Assembly (NCBI GenBank): GCA_002360925.1
Contig: DERN01000001.1
Span: forward strand, 7,806-71,805
Origin: Flavobacteriaceae bacterium UBA3339
GTDB taxonomy: Bacteria > Bacteroidota > Bacteroidia > Flavobacteriales > Flavobacteriaceae
Direction: 5' to 3'
DNA: 64,000 nt
In this document: piece by piece, positions 1 through 9,676 of the stretch
Layout of the letters: each line of letters starts with the position of its first letter
Position numbering within the stretch: position 1 is the first letter of the stretch
The notes under the pieces: generated by a model
Seen by the model: the letters and a program-made list of their open reading frames with translations, nothing else
Database searches by the model: none
What the model was told of the DNA's origin: nothing
Translations under genes and position numbers: made by a program

Positions 1-375
1 TTAACAGATATTGGAAGCAGACAGGATAAAAAAGCTTTTCATAATTATAATCGTTCCGAATATTTGTCTTTACAATTTCTGATTCTAGCTCGAGAACATT
101 ATAAAGAACAAACTAAACTTGAGTTTTATGCCGACAAATTAGCTGTTTCGGTAAAATATCTTTCCGAAACGGTAAAAAGTATAACAAGTAAAACAGCTAA
201 AGATATTTTAGTAGAACTTCGAATTTCTCAAGCACGTATCTTATTATCTTCAAGTGATTTGGATATAGCTCAGATTGCCTTTGAGTTATCGTATGATTCG
301 CCTGAATCTTTTTCAAAATTCTTTAAACAAGTTGAAGGAGTTTCTCCAAAAGCTTATAGAGAATTACATCTTTAG
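1..375 (+). CDS. AraC-family transcriptional regulator (5'-truncated by window edge)
   Basis: Frame is open from base 1. C-terminal AraC HTH signature IAQIAFELSYDSPESFSKFFKQVEGVSPKAYR. Confidence 0.92.
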   Translation, partial: LTDIGSRQDKKAFHNYNRSEYLSLQFLILAREHYKEQTKLEFYADKLAVSVKYLSETVKSITSKTAKDILVELRISQARILLSSSDLDIAQIAFELSYDSPESFSKFFKQVEGVSPKAYRELHL

Positions 376-494
376 GTAGTTTTCACCATAATTTCAGCAG
401 TTTCGCTATTTCAAATTTTAACTTTCACAAGTACATTTATTTTATCTAATATTTAATCAGAATATCGATTAACACGATATATAAATTGTAAGTT

Positions 495-1718
495 ATGAAT
501 AACGAAAACATTGCAACATTTGCAACTTCTATTTTGCAACCCGTAACATTAGGTCCTGTAACATTACCAACTCCTGTTATAAAAGCGGCAACAAGTGAAG
601 GACGAAGCCCTGAAGGAAAAGTAACTCAGGCTTTAATTGATTTTCATCGAGGATTTATTGAAGGTGGAGTAGGAATGACCACTTTGGCGTATTGCGCAAT
701 TTCTAAAGAAGGATTTGCTGCACCTGGAGAAATTTTAATGATAAGAGAAAACATTAGTGGACTTAAAAAGTTTACCGAAGCCATGCATGAAGCCGGCGGA
801 TTGGCATCGGCTCAATTGGGTCATGCGGGACCAGTTGCAAATAAAAAAATAACAGGTGTACAATCTATAGCACCTTCGAAATTTTTTAATTTAACGAGTC
901 TTCAAACGTGTCGAGAAGTTACTATTAAAGAAATGAATAAGATTGTAGAGCAATTTGCTGATGCTGCCGAAGTAGCAGCCGATGCAGGTTTTGATGCGGT
1001 TGAATTACATTTTGGACATTTATATTTGGTATCTGCTTTTTTTAGCCCGTGGATTAATAAACGAAAAGATCAATATGGTGGTTCAATTGAAAATAGAACT
1101 CGATTTGCAAAAGAAATTTTATTGAAAGTAAAAGAAAGAGTAGGAAATCGTTTGGCAATCATCATCAAACTTTCGATGGACGATGGAATAAAAGGTTCTA
1201 TTTGGCTTGATGAATCAACCGAAACAGCAAGGATTTTAGATGAAACTGGTGCTGTTGATGCTTTTGAACTCACAATGGGATCTTCTGTTTCTAAACAAAT
1301 GTTTTTATTTAGAGGAGAAACGGATATTGATGGAATGGCAAAAACACAGAAAGGAATCATGAAATTAGGTGTTAAATGGTTTGGTAAAAAAATTCTGGGT
1401 CAATATCCTTATCAAGATCTTTATATGTTAGAGTCGGCACGTCAATTTTTGCCTGTTGTTAAAAATTCCAAATTAATTCTTTTAGGCGGCATCAATAACT
1501 TAGAACATATTATTAAAGCTAAAGAACAAGGATTTCCTTTTGTAGCTATGGGAAGGGCTTTATTGAGAGAACCTGCTATTGTTAACAAAATGAAAATAAA
1601 TCCAAAAGCGCAAGGTTTATGTATTCATTGTAATAAATGTATGTTTTCGGTTTTCTTTACAACAAACTGTGTTTTTACAAAAGATTATGCAACTTCTTCA
1701 CAAGAAGCTTTGTTGTAA
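495..1718 (+). CDS. NADH:flavin oxidoreductase (Old Yellow Enzyme family)
   Basis: AQLGHAG, AGFDAVELHFGHLYL, NKRKDQYGGSIENRTRF and GRALLREP motifs; C-terminal CIHCNKC. Confidence 0.9.
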   Translation: MNNENIATFATSILQPVTLGPVTLPTPVIKAATSEGRSPEGKVTQALIDFHRGFIEGGVGMTTLAYCAISKEGFAAPGEILMIRENISGLKKFTEAMHEAGGLASAQLGHAGPVANKKITGVQSIAPSKFFNLTSLQTCREVTIKEMNKIVEQFADAAEVAADAGFDAVELHFGHLYLVSAFFSPWINKRKDQYGGSIENRTRFAKEILLKVKERVGNRLAIIIKLSMDDGIKGSIWLDESTETARILDETGAVDAFELTMGSSVSKQMFLFRGETDIDGMAKTQKGIMKLGVKWFGKKILGQYPYQDLYMLESARQFLPVVKNSKLILLGGINNLEHIIKAKEQGFPFVAMGRALLREPAIVNKMKINPKAQGLCIHCNKCMFSVFFTTNCVFTKDYATSSQEALL

Positions 1719-1728
1719 TATAAAAAAT

Positions 1729-1758
1729 TAAAGAGAACCAACTAGTTGGTTCTCTTTA
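1729..1758. terminator. Bidirectional intrinsic terminator (perfect 30-bp palindrome)
   Basis: taaagagaaccaact|agttggttctcttta between convergent genes. Confidence 0.8.
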
Positions 1759-1771
1759 TATATCAGAATTT

Positions 1772-2428
1772 TTATTTAGTTTTCCAATCTCTTAATTGAT
1801 CGGCAGCATCCCAAAAATCAAACTCTAATTGTGATGCGTAAATAAAAGCTTTTGTCATTTTTTTACGAGTTTCCATAGAAGTTTTTTCAGCATATCGATC
1901 ACATATTTCAATCGCTTTTCGAACACTTTCGCCAAATTCTTCTCCGGCATATGTTTTGATCCACGCAGTAAAAGGATTTTGATCTTCTATACGATTTTTA
2001 TAAATATAATCTCCAATTTCCTTATAAATCCAAAAGCAAGGCAATACCGCTGCCATTGCAACTTCTATACTTTCGGTTGCTACCGCACTTTTAAGAAACG
2101 ACGTATAATGATGACATGCCGGAAGCATTTCGCCTCGGTCTTTTACATTATAAGTTGTAAAATAAGCTTCGTGCAATCCAACTTCTGCGGCAATGGCTCC
2201 TTGCGAAAACTCTATAAACGCCTGTGTGTCTTTTATATCAGGAAGTTTTGCAGCTACCATTGCTAAAGCTCTGCTAAAATCTTCTAAGTAAAGTGAATCC
2301 TGTTTAAGGTAATATTGAAATTTTTCCATTTCAAGGGTGCCTTTCCGTAATTTTTCTATAAAAGGCATTTGTTGTATGGCTTTATAAATACTTTCGATCG
2401 AATGCCATGCTTCGTTACTCCAATTCAT
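1772..2428 (-). CDS. tenA: Thiaminase II / aminopyrimidine aminohydrolase
   Basis: YLKQDSLYL, AVLPCFWIY (catalytic Cys) and EFDFWD motifs; last gene of the thi operon. Confidence 0.92.
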   Translation of the reverse strand: MNWSNEAWHSIESIYKAIQQMPFIEKLRKGTLEMEKFQYYLKQDSLYLEDFSRALAMVAAKLPDIKDTQAFIEFSQGAIAAEVGLHEAYFTTYNVKDRGEMLPACHHYTSFLKSAVATESIEVAMAAVLPCFWIYKEIGDYIYKNRIEDQNPFTAWIKTYAGEEFGESVRKAIEICDRYAEKTSMETRKKMTKAFIYASQLEFDFWDAADQLRDWKTK

Positions 2429-3248
2429 TTTTTATCATTTTATTTGGGTTAAACAAATGGTTTAAAGGTCCATTTCCATTTCCTGTTTTTACATCTAAGG
2501 CTTGTTCAATAGCTGTATGAACGTATACTTGTCCTAATTCTAAGGCTTCCAAAAGATTTTTACCTAACGCAAGATAACTGGCAATAGCAGACGAAAGCGT
2601 GCAACCCGAACCGTGTGTATTATTGGTTGAAAAATGCGGAAATACAAAAGAATGTATGGTTTTATCACGATCAATAAACAATGAGGTAAGTACATCGGTT
2701 TTTAAATGTCCACCTTTTAACAGAACTGATTTTGCACCTAAATTTGCTAATTTTTCTATATTTTGTTCCATATCTTGAAGTGTTTCAATTTTCTTTTTTA
2801 CTAAAACCGAAGCTTCGTCCATATTAGGAGTTATAATAGTAGAAAGAGGAAATAATTCAGATACAAGAACCTCAATGGTTTCTTGATTAATAAGCTGATG
2901 TCCGCTCGTTGCAACCATAACAGGATCAAAAACTATGGGAATTTCGGGGAATTGTTTTAGTTTTTTGCTGATAATCTTAGCTAATTCAGAAGTGTGAACC
3001 ATACCAATTTTTATAGCATCAGGAATAATATCGTCAAAAATGCAATCTAATTGTTCTTCAACCGCTTCTAAAGGAATAGGAAATATATTACGAACACCCT
3101 GAGTATTTTGTACTGGTAAAGCTGTTAAAATATTGGTTGCATAACAACCGAGTGCAGAAATAGTTTTTGTATCGGCTTGAATTCCGGCACCCCCGCTTCC
3201 GTCAAATCCGGCAATGCTAAGAACGGTAGGATAGGAGTATTTTTTCAT
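2415..3248 (-). CDS. thiD: Hydroxymethylpyrimidine/phosphomethylpyrimidine kinase
   Basis: IAGFDGSGGAGIQAD, DPVMVATSG, LLKGGH, THGSGCTLSSAIA. Confidence 0.95.
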   Translation of the reverse strand: MKKYSYPTVLSIAGFDGSGGAGIQADTKTISALGCYATNILTALPVQNTQGVRNIFPIPLEAVEEQLDCIFDDIIPDAIKIGMVHTSELAKIISKKLKQFPEIPIVFDPVMVATSGHQLINQETIEVLVSELFPLSTIITPNMDEASVLVKKKIETLQDMEQNIEKLANLGAKSVLLKGGHLKTDVLTSLFIDRDKTIHSFVFPHFSTNNTHGSGCTLSSAIASYLALGKNLLEALELGQVYVHTAIEQALDVKTGNGNGPLNHLFNPNKMIKNELE

Positions 3249-3271
3249 TTTAGAATGAGTTTTATAAAGGT

Positions 3272-3910
3272 TTATAACCTGTTTAAGATTTCTTTTAATT
3301 GTTGAGCGCTTTTACGAGGGGTTTTAGACGCACAGATTTCTGATACCACTGCAATAGAATCGGCTCCGGCATTTATGATGTCGAAAACATTGTTTAAATG
3401 AATATTGCCAATAGCTACGAGAGGCTTTGTCGTTTTAGCTCGAATTTTAGTAATCCCTTCCAAACCCCATTCGGTAACTGTATTGGTTTTGGTAGCAGTA
3501 CTGAAAATTGGACTTGCAGCAAGATAATCGGCACATAAACTTTCGTTTGATTCAAGCTGTTCCCAATATTCTAAAGAATAGCCGATAATACTTTTGTTAC
3601 CTAATAATTTGCGAACTTCAGATGGCGGAGTGTCGGTATTTCCTACATGTACTCCAAAAGCTTCAATTTCTTTCGCAACAAGAATGTTATCGTTAATAAT
3701 TAAAGGAATTCCGTAGCGATCTGTAATTGCTTTGGTTCGTTTTGCTTTAACTAGAAAGTCTTTGTTAGAACAGTCTTTTTCACGAAGTTGGATTATGTCC
3801 ACACCACCTAAAATGGCTTCTTCTAAAACAATTTCAAAAGGATGATGAATACAGTCTTTTTCGGAAATAACCAAATAAAGCGGATAAGGAAAATTGGAAT
3901 GCGGTATCAT
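3272..3910 (-). CDS. thiE: Thiamine phosphate synthase
   Basis: QLREK, LIIND, GVHVGNTD, TATK, SIAVVSEI; operon context. Confidence 0.93.
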   Translation of the reverse strand: MIPHSNFPYPLYLVISEKDCIHHPFEIVLEEAILGGVDIIQLREKDCSNKDFLVKAKRTKAITDRYGIPLIINDNILVAKEIEAFGVHVGNTDTPPSEVRKLLGNKSIIGYSLEYWEQLESNESLCADYLAASPIFSTATKTNTVTEWGLEGITKIRAKTTKPLVAIGNIHLNNVFDIINAGADSIAVVSEICASKTPRKSAQQLKEILNRL

Positions 3911-4704
3911 GAAGCTCTGTGTTTTAAAACAGTTTTAAATGTGTTTTCATCAATATTATATAAAATATCTAAAAGGTGAAGTTGCAAAGTGCCAGGTCCA
4001 TTCGCTTTTCTTTGAGCCAACTCACCAGCTATACTCAATAAAGCAACAGCAGCAACAGTTGCTTCAAAATTATCATAAGCAACAGCAATGAAAGCCCCAA
4101 TCAAAGCAGAAGCACTGCAACCTAATCCGGTTACTTTAGTCATCATTGGATGACCGTTATCGATCTCAACAATTTTGTTTTTGTAAATGATATAGTCGAT
4201 TTCTCCCGAAATACATACAATTGCTTCTGTCTTGTTAGATATTGAGCGTGCAGCATTTAAAGCGTTCGAGCTAGCTTCGGTACTGTCAACTCCTTTTGTA
4301 ATAGATGAATCTACATTTGCTAAAGCCATAATTTCAGACGCATTTCCTCTAATTACTGTTGGTTTGTTTGCTAAAAGTTGTTCTAATGTATTATTTCGAA
4401 AAGAAGTAGCACCTGCTCCTACAGGATCTAAAATCCATGGTTTTTTAAGGTACTTAAATTGTGCAGAAGCAGTGAGCATAGAAGTTACCCAATATTCGTC
4501 GAGCGTTCCGATGTTTACAACCAAAGCCTGACTAATATTCGCCATTTCCTCGATTTCGCTATGTGCATGCGACATAATAGGTGAAGCACCTACAGCCAAA
4601 AGCGCATTTGCGGTATTGTTCATTACCACGAAATTCGTGATGTTATAGACTAAAGGAGATTGGTTGCGAACTTGTTGAATGTGTTGCCAAAGTTTATTTT
4701 CCAT
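3907..4704 (-). CDS. thiM: Hydroxyethylthiazole kinase
   Basis: ITNFVVMNNTANALLAVGASPIM, LDPVGAGAT, IRGNASEI, VTGLGC. Confidence 0.95.
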   Translation of the reverse strand: MENKLWQHIQQVRNQSPLVYNITNFVVMNNTANALLAVGASPIMSHAHSEIEEMANISQALVVNIGTLDEYWVTSMLTASAQFKYLKKPWILDPVGAGATSFRNNTLEQLLANKPTVIRGNASEIMALANVDSSITKGVDSTEASSNALNAARSISNKTEAIVCISGEIDYIIYKNKIVEIDNGHPMMTKVTGLGCSASALIGAFIAVAYDNFEATVAAVALLSIAGELAQRKANGPGTLQLHLLDILYNIDENTFKTVLKHRAS

Positions 4705-4792
4705 ATATCAAAAAAATGATTTAAATGACTTTAGGAGTAAACTAAAAAGCATCGCAACAGTTATTCTTTATAGAATATCAGTTAATGGATTT

Positions 4793-4869
4793 GCTTTTCC
4801 CTACGTCGGTATGAGCCGTATCAGGTTCCAAGGGACTCTCTCAATTCTTTTTCAGAATACCCCTAAAGC
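4793..4869 (-). ncRNA. TPP riboswitch
   Basis: Minus strand reads gctttaggggt-attct..agaat-tgaga-gagtccc-ttggaacctgat-acgg-ctcata-ccg-acgtagggaaaagc, with conserved UGAGA, GAACCUGAU and CGUAGGGA; lies upstream of thiM. Confidence 0.95.
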
Positions 4870-4874
4870 GTTCA

Positions 4875-4882
4875 CAAACTTA
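4875..4882 (-). promoter_or_regulatory. Bacteroidota sigma70 -7 element (TAAGTTTG) for the thi operon
   Basis: TAnnTTTG immediately 5' of the riboswitch P1. Confidence 0.7.
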
Positions 4883-5027
4883 GTAATTAAAATGGAACTT
4901 GATATGAATTGTCAGTAAAAAGTTAATGTTTTTAAAAACCACCTTCTTTTTTGTTTATCATTAGGTTTATTTCGATACTTAAAAACATAAGATAATTAAG
5001 AAAAACAGAAATAGAATTACCGATAAG

Positions 5028-5918
5028 TTATTTCTTTTTGAGTTTGGCAATTTCGCCCGGTTTTCCAAAAATGTAAAACCATTTCTCCTTTAGTTTTTTA
5101 GTAGTTTTAATATCTTCAAAAATACTTACATATTCGTGAAAATTAAGATGCAAAGGATTCATTTTATGAGTCATTTTGGTTGTAATTCCGTATGTTGGTT
5201 TTTCTTCTTCTGGTTGATATGTTCCTAAAAGTTTGTCCCAAAAAATAAAAATCGCTCCGAAGTTTTTATCGATGTATTTTTCATCCGATCCATGATGAAC
5301 TCTATGGTTTGAAGGTGTTACCACAAGCCTTTCGATTACAGGATGAAGCTTGCCAATATATTCGGTATGTTGCCAAAATTGGAAAAGAACCGATATTTGA
5401 TTGACAATAAAAAAGATAACCGGATGGAAGCCTAAAAAGGCCACAGGAAGAAAGAACAAAAGTTTAAAATGCTGAACCCAACTTAATCGAAACGAAACGG
5501 TTAAATTGTAATGATCTGCACTGTGATGAATAACATGCGTTGCCCAGAAAAAACGATTGAAATGCGAAACCCGATGTGCCCAGTAACTACAAAAATCATA
5601 AATTAAGAGACACGGAAAAAGCGTCCACCAATTAAGTTCCATTCTCCATGGAACCAAATTATAAATATAAACCGAACCGTATATAAAACCAATTTTGAAA
5701 AAAACATTGATAGCCACATTACCCAAACCCGAAAATAAAGAACCTAAACTTTCTTTTGTATCATAATTTTTTCTTCCAGAATACCACGAATACCAAATTT
5801 CAAGTATTGTAAGTAGGAACATAATAGGAATAGCATAAATTATGAGATCGCCCGACTGACGTTCTAAATGTTTGATATTTTCAAGAGAAATAGGCGGACT
5901 ACCAAAAAAATCACTCAT
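5028..5918 (-). CDS. Sterol desaturase / fatty-acid hydroxylase family (alkylglycerol monooxygenase-like)
   Basis: His boxes YWAHRVSH, HVIHHS, WQHT and HRVHHG; membrane segments. Confidence 0.88.
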   Translation of the reverse strand: MSDFFGSPPISLENIKHLERQSGDLIIYAIPIMFLLTILEIWYSWYSGRKNYDTKESLGSLFSGLGNVAINVFFKIGFIYGSVYIYNLVPWRMELNWWTLFPCLLIYDFCSYWAHRVSHFNRFFWATHVIHHSADHYNLTVSFRLSWVQHFKLLFFLPVAFLGFHPVIFFIVNQISVLFQFWQHTEYIGKLHPVIERLVVTPSNHRVHHGSDEKYIDKNFGAIFIFWDKLLGTYQPEEEKPTYGITTKMTHKMNPLHLNFHEYVSIFEDIKTTKKLKEKWFYIFGKPGEIAKLKKK

Positions 5919-6071
5919 ACATTTCGTTTAAAATATTAAATAAAACAGCTCTAAAAAGTAAAGTTTCATTCTTTAAGGAACGTCAAGTTTTTAAAACTTA
6001 TTGTTTTTCAAAAAATTAAGATAATAATTTTGAATGAATTTATCTTCTCAATTTTGTAACTAATTTTAAAA

Positions 6072-6091
6072 CTTAAGATTCGCTTAAGATT
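6072..6091 (+). promoter_or_regulatory. Tandem direct repeat CTTAAGATT x2 (11-bp period), putative OmpR-family binding site
   Basis: CTTAAGATT at 6072 and 6083; TACCTTTG -7 box at 6126-6133; the operon encodes an OmpR-type regulator. Confidence 0.6.
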
Positions 6092-6149
6092 GATTCAAAA
6101 GCTTTTATAACGATAAAACACAAAATACCTTTGTTTAAAATTATTAAAA

Positions 6150-8114
6150 ATGCTAAAAGGTATTTCAAAAAGTCGTTACAGTATTTTACTGTTTTTCAGT
6201 TTGCTATTTCTTATCATTTCGTCTGTGCTTCGAATCGTTTTAGCGGTTTGGATAAAAGGAGATTTTAACTGGAATTTTATTGAATTAATACACACATTAT
6301 TTTTCGGAATAGTTTACGATATAAGTATTGTAAGCTGTTTCACGCTGCTTTTAACGTTTTACTTTATGATACTTCCAAACCGATTGGTAAATTCGGTTTT
6401 CGATCGCATTTTTGTGTATTTTGTTTACACATTATATTTGGTCATTATTTACTTTACGTTTTTTGCCGAAGTTACTTTTTGGGACGAATTTAAAAGCAGA
6501 TTTAACTTTATAGCAGTCGATTATTTAATTTACACGTACGAAGTCGTTAAAAATATTCAGGAATCATATCCGCTTCCAATCTTAATTGGTGGAATTGTAT
6601 TGATTACTTCTTTAACCATTTTTGGAACTAAAAAAGCGAAATCGTTTCATCATACATTTCATTCTAAACCTAAAAGAACTCAAAAGCTAGGCGTTTTTGC
6701 TTTAAATTTGATAATTGCAGTTAGTTCGCTTTATATTTTAAATAACGATACGAGTTCAACTTCCGAAAATCGATATAACAACGAAATATCAAAAGCCGGT
6801 ATTTTTTCATTCTTTTCGGCTTTTAGAAACAATCATTTAAAGTACGATGAACATTATAAATCGCTTCCAATCGAAGAAGCTTTTGTACAAATGAAAGCTG
6901 AATTGCAAGATTCTAAAACCGTATTTGATCAGGAATTTAAAAATCCGTTAAGAAGAACTATTTTAGCTGCAAATCCAGATCAAATTGAACAAAAGCCTAA
7001 TGTTATTTTTGTAATGATGGAAAGTATGAGTTCGTCTTTTATGCAGGAAGAATTCAACGGAAAACCAATTACGCCAAATCTTAATAACTTAGCAGAAAGC
7101 AGTATTTATTTCTCAAATATGTTTGCAAACGGAACTCGTACTGTTCGTGGAATGGAAGCGGTTACATTATCAATTCCTCCAACTCCAGGAAATAGTATTG
7201 TAAAACGTGTTGATAATCAAAATCTGTACACCGTTTCAACTGTTTTTAAAGATAAAGGATATCAAAATCTGTTTTTTTATGGAGGCGATGGTTATTTTGA
7301 CAATATGAATGCATTTTTTGGTGCAAATGGTTTTGATATTTACGATCGAGGTCGCGGAAGTATTTTAAGTGATAAAATCAATACAAAACGATACAATATT
7401 AACGATGATGAGGTAACTTTTGAAAACGCTTGGGGAATTGCAGATGATGATATTTACCATAAAGTTTTAAAAGTTGCTGATGAAAAAGCGCAAGCTAAAC
7501 AACCGTTTTTTGCGTTTGTTATGACTACTTCAAACCATAAACCATACACATATGAAAACGGAAAAATTGATATTCCTTCAGGAACAGGTCGTGACGGAGC
7601 TGTAAAATATGCCGATTACGCTATTGGCGAGTTCTTGGCTCAGGCAAAAAAGAAACCTTGGTTTAATAATACCGTTTTTGTATTTATTGCAGATCATTGT
7701 GCAAGCAGTGCGGGCAAAGATGCAATTGATGTAAAAAATCATCATATTCCGGCTTTTATTTATAATTTAAAAACACACGCAAACGCAAACGTATCAAAAG
7801 AAGTTTCTCAAATTGATATTTTTCCAACTTTGTTTTCTTTGTTAAATTGGAAATACACTTCTCAGTTTTACGGAAAAGATGTTTTTGATCCGCAATATCA
7901 ATCGCGTTCTTTTGTAGGAACGTATATTAAATTGGGAATGAAAAAAGGAGAAGATGTGCTAATTCTTTCAGACCAAAAGAAGATCAATCAATACAAATGG
8001 ATCAATCAAAATTTGGAAGATGTTAAGATCGATTCTAAATTTGAACGTTCAATTATTTCGAATTATCAAACAGCCGATTATTTATTTAGCAATCGTTTAC
8101 TAAATGAAAAATAA
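6150..8114 (+). CDS. LTA synthase family / phosphoglycerol transferase-like membrane sulfatase-fold protein
   Basis: About five N-terminal TM helices; PNVIFVMMES, GTRTVRG (catalytic Thr), TTSNHKPY, ADH. Confidence 0.88.
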   Translation: MLKGISKSRYSILLFFSLLFLIISSVLRIVLAVWIKGDFNWNFIELIHTLFFGIVYDISIVSCFTLLLTFYFMILPNRLVNSVFDRIFVYFVYTLYLVIIYFTFFAEVTFWDEFKSRFNFIAVDYLIYTYEVVKNIQESYPLPILIGGIVLITSLTIFGTKKAKSFHHTFHSKPKRTQKLGVFALNLIIAVSSLYILNNDTSSTSENRYNNEISKAGIFSFFSAFRNNHLKYDEHYKSLPIEEAFVQMKAELQDSKTVFDQEFKNPLRRTILAANPDQIEQKPNVIFVMMESMSSSFMQEEFNGKPITPNLNNLAESSIYFSNMFANGTRTVRGMEAVTLSIPPTPGNSIVKRVDNQNLYTVSTVFKDKGYQNLFFYGGDGYFDNMNAFFGANGFDIYDRGRGSILSDKINTKRYNINDDEVTFENAWGIADDDIYHKVLKVADEKAQAKQPFFAFVMTTSNHKPYTYENGKIDIPSGTGRDGAVKYADYAIGEFLAQAKKKPWFNNTVFVFIADHCASSAGKDAIDVKNHHIPAFIYNLKTHANANVSKEVSQIDIFPTLFSLLNWKYTSQFYGKDVFDPQYQSRSFVGTYIKLGMKKGEDVLILSDQKKINQYKWINQNLEDVKIDSKFERSIISNYQTADYLFSNRLLNEK

Positions 8115-8988
8115 TATTATTTTTATTATCAATCCTATTGCGGGAAAAGGAAAAGGAAAAATTGTTGCGTCTATGATTCAACAATTTTTTCATGAAAAAA
8201 GTATAAATATTCAAATCTCTTTTACCGAAAAAAGCGGACACGCAACTGAATTAACGAAACAATTTATTTCTTTAAAACCCAATGCAATTGTAGCTTGCGG
8301 TGGCGACGGAACCATTAACGAAGTTGCACAAGCTTTGGTAGGTACCGATATTGCTTTAGGAATTATACCGATTGGTTCTGGAAACGGTTTGGCGGCAAAT
8401 TTGCACATTCCTAAATCGATTGATAATGCATTAGAAACCATCTTAAAACAGAAAACAAAAACGATTGACGCAGGTAAAATAAATCATCAGTATTTTTTTA
8501 GTAATATTGGTTTTGGAATCGATGCCGCTGTTATTGAACAATATGCGCAGACAAAAAAAAGAAATTTTTTGGGTTATGTTTCTGCAAGCACCAAAGCTAT
8601 GTTTCAGTACAAACCTAAAAGCTTTTCAATTAAAATTGACGATGAAAAAGAGTTAAAAAACGATTATTATTTTTTGTTTTGCTCTAATTCTAACGAAGCA
8701 GGTTATGGAATTTCTTTTTCTCCTAAAGCAAAATTAAACGATGGAAAATTAGATTTTCTTGCCATAAAAAAGCTTAACTTTATGGAACAAATTCAGTTTT
8801 CGATTTGTGTTTTATTGAAAAGAATCGAGAAAATGAATCAAGCCGAAGTATTACAAATTCGTTCTGCCAATTTTATCAATAATGATGCTGAAACTATTGC
8901 ACAAATTGATGGAGAAACAGTTGTGTTGAACGAAAAAAACATTGAAGTTTCGGTTGTTTCTAATGCATTACACGTTATTATTCCGTAA
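8104..8988 (+). CDS. Diacylglycerol/lipid kinase (YegS/DgkB family)
   Basis: INPIAGKG, CGGDGTINE, IPIGSGNGLA, GFGIDA, QIDGE. Confidence 0.92.
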   Translation: MKNNIIFIINPIAGKGKGKIVASMIQQFFHEKSINIQISFTEKSGHATELTKQFISLKPNAIVACGGDGTINEVAQALVGTDIALGIIPIGSGNGLAANLHIPKSIDNALETILKQKTKTIDAGKINHQYFFSNIGFGIDAAVIEQYAQTKKRNFLGYVSASTKAMFQYKPKSFSIKIDDEKELKNDYYFLFCSNSNEAGYGISFSPKAKLNDGKLDFLAIKKLNFMEQIQFSICVLLKRIEKMNQAEVLQIRSANFINNDAETIAQIDGETVVLNEKNIEVSVVSNALHVIIP

Positions 8989-8992
8989 AGAA

Positions 8993-9676
8993 ATGAGTAA
9001 AGCAACAATTTTAATGGTGGAAGATGAAATGGGAATTGCTCATTTTATGAAACAAGGTTTAGAAGAAGAAGGCTTTTTGGTTACACATTGTATAAGTGGT
9101 GAAGAGGCTTTAAAAACAATCGATAAACAATTGTTTGATGTTATTTTATTAGACTGGATGATGTTGCATATTTCAGGTTTGGAAGTTTGTAAAACCATTA
9201 GAACATCGCAAAATAAAAACAAAAAAACGCCCATTATTTTTATAACGGCAAAAGATACGGTTCAGGATACGATTGAAGGTTTAAATGCAGGTGCGAATGA
9301 TTATATAAAGAAACCTTTTGCTTTTGATGAACTTGTTGCTCGAATTCAGGTTTATCTAAGAAATACTAATCAAAAAGAACGAATTGCATTAGGAAATATA
9401 GAAGTCGATTCAAAAAAACATCAAACTTTTTTAAACGGAAATTTAGTCGATTTAACTTTAAAAGAGTTCCAGTTATTGTATTATCTGTTTCAGAATAAAG
9501 ATAAAATCTGTACCCGAAAAGAAATTATTGAACACGTTTGGGACATTCATTTTGAATATGATACTGGCGTAATTGATGTTTTTGTGAATGCTATTCGAAA
9601 AAAATTAGATTTAAATAAAAACGATCCTCGTTTGCATACCATTCGCGGTGTAGGTTATATTGCTAAAGATGTTTAA
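8993..9676 (+). CDS. OmpR/PhoB-family response regulator
   Basis: VEDE, LLDWMM, GANDYIKKPF, LHTIRGVGY. Start moved to ATG 8993 to avoid overlap with the upstream gene. Confidence 0.92.
   Translation: MSKATILMVEDEMGIAHFMKQGLEEEGFLVTHCISGEEALKTIDKQLFDVILLDWMMLHISGLEVCKTIRTSQNKNKKTPIIFITAKDTVQDTIEGLNAGANDYIKKPFAFDELVARIQVYLRNTNQKERIALGNIEVDSKKHQTFLNGNLVDLTLKEFQLLYYLFQNKDKICTRKEIIEHVWDIHFEYDTGVIDVFVNAIRKKLDLNKNDPRLHTIRGVGYIAKDV

Noticed and set aside
376..410. AraC direct repeat (gtagtttt / gcagtttc, 21-bp period) before the oxidoreductase
   Set aside because: Spacing is suggestive but the match is too short and degenerate to call.
4679..4918. 79-aa plus-strand ORF
   Set aside because: Antisense to the TPP riboswitch and thiM start; no protein-like features.
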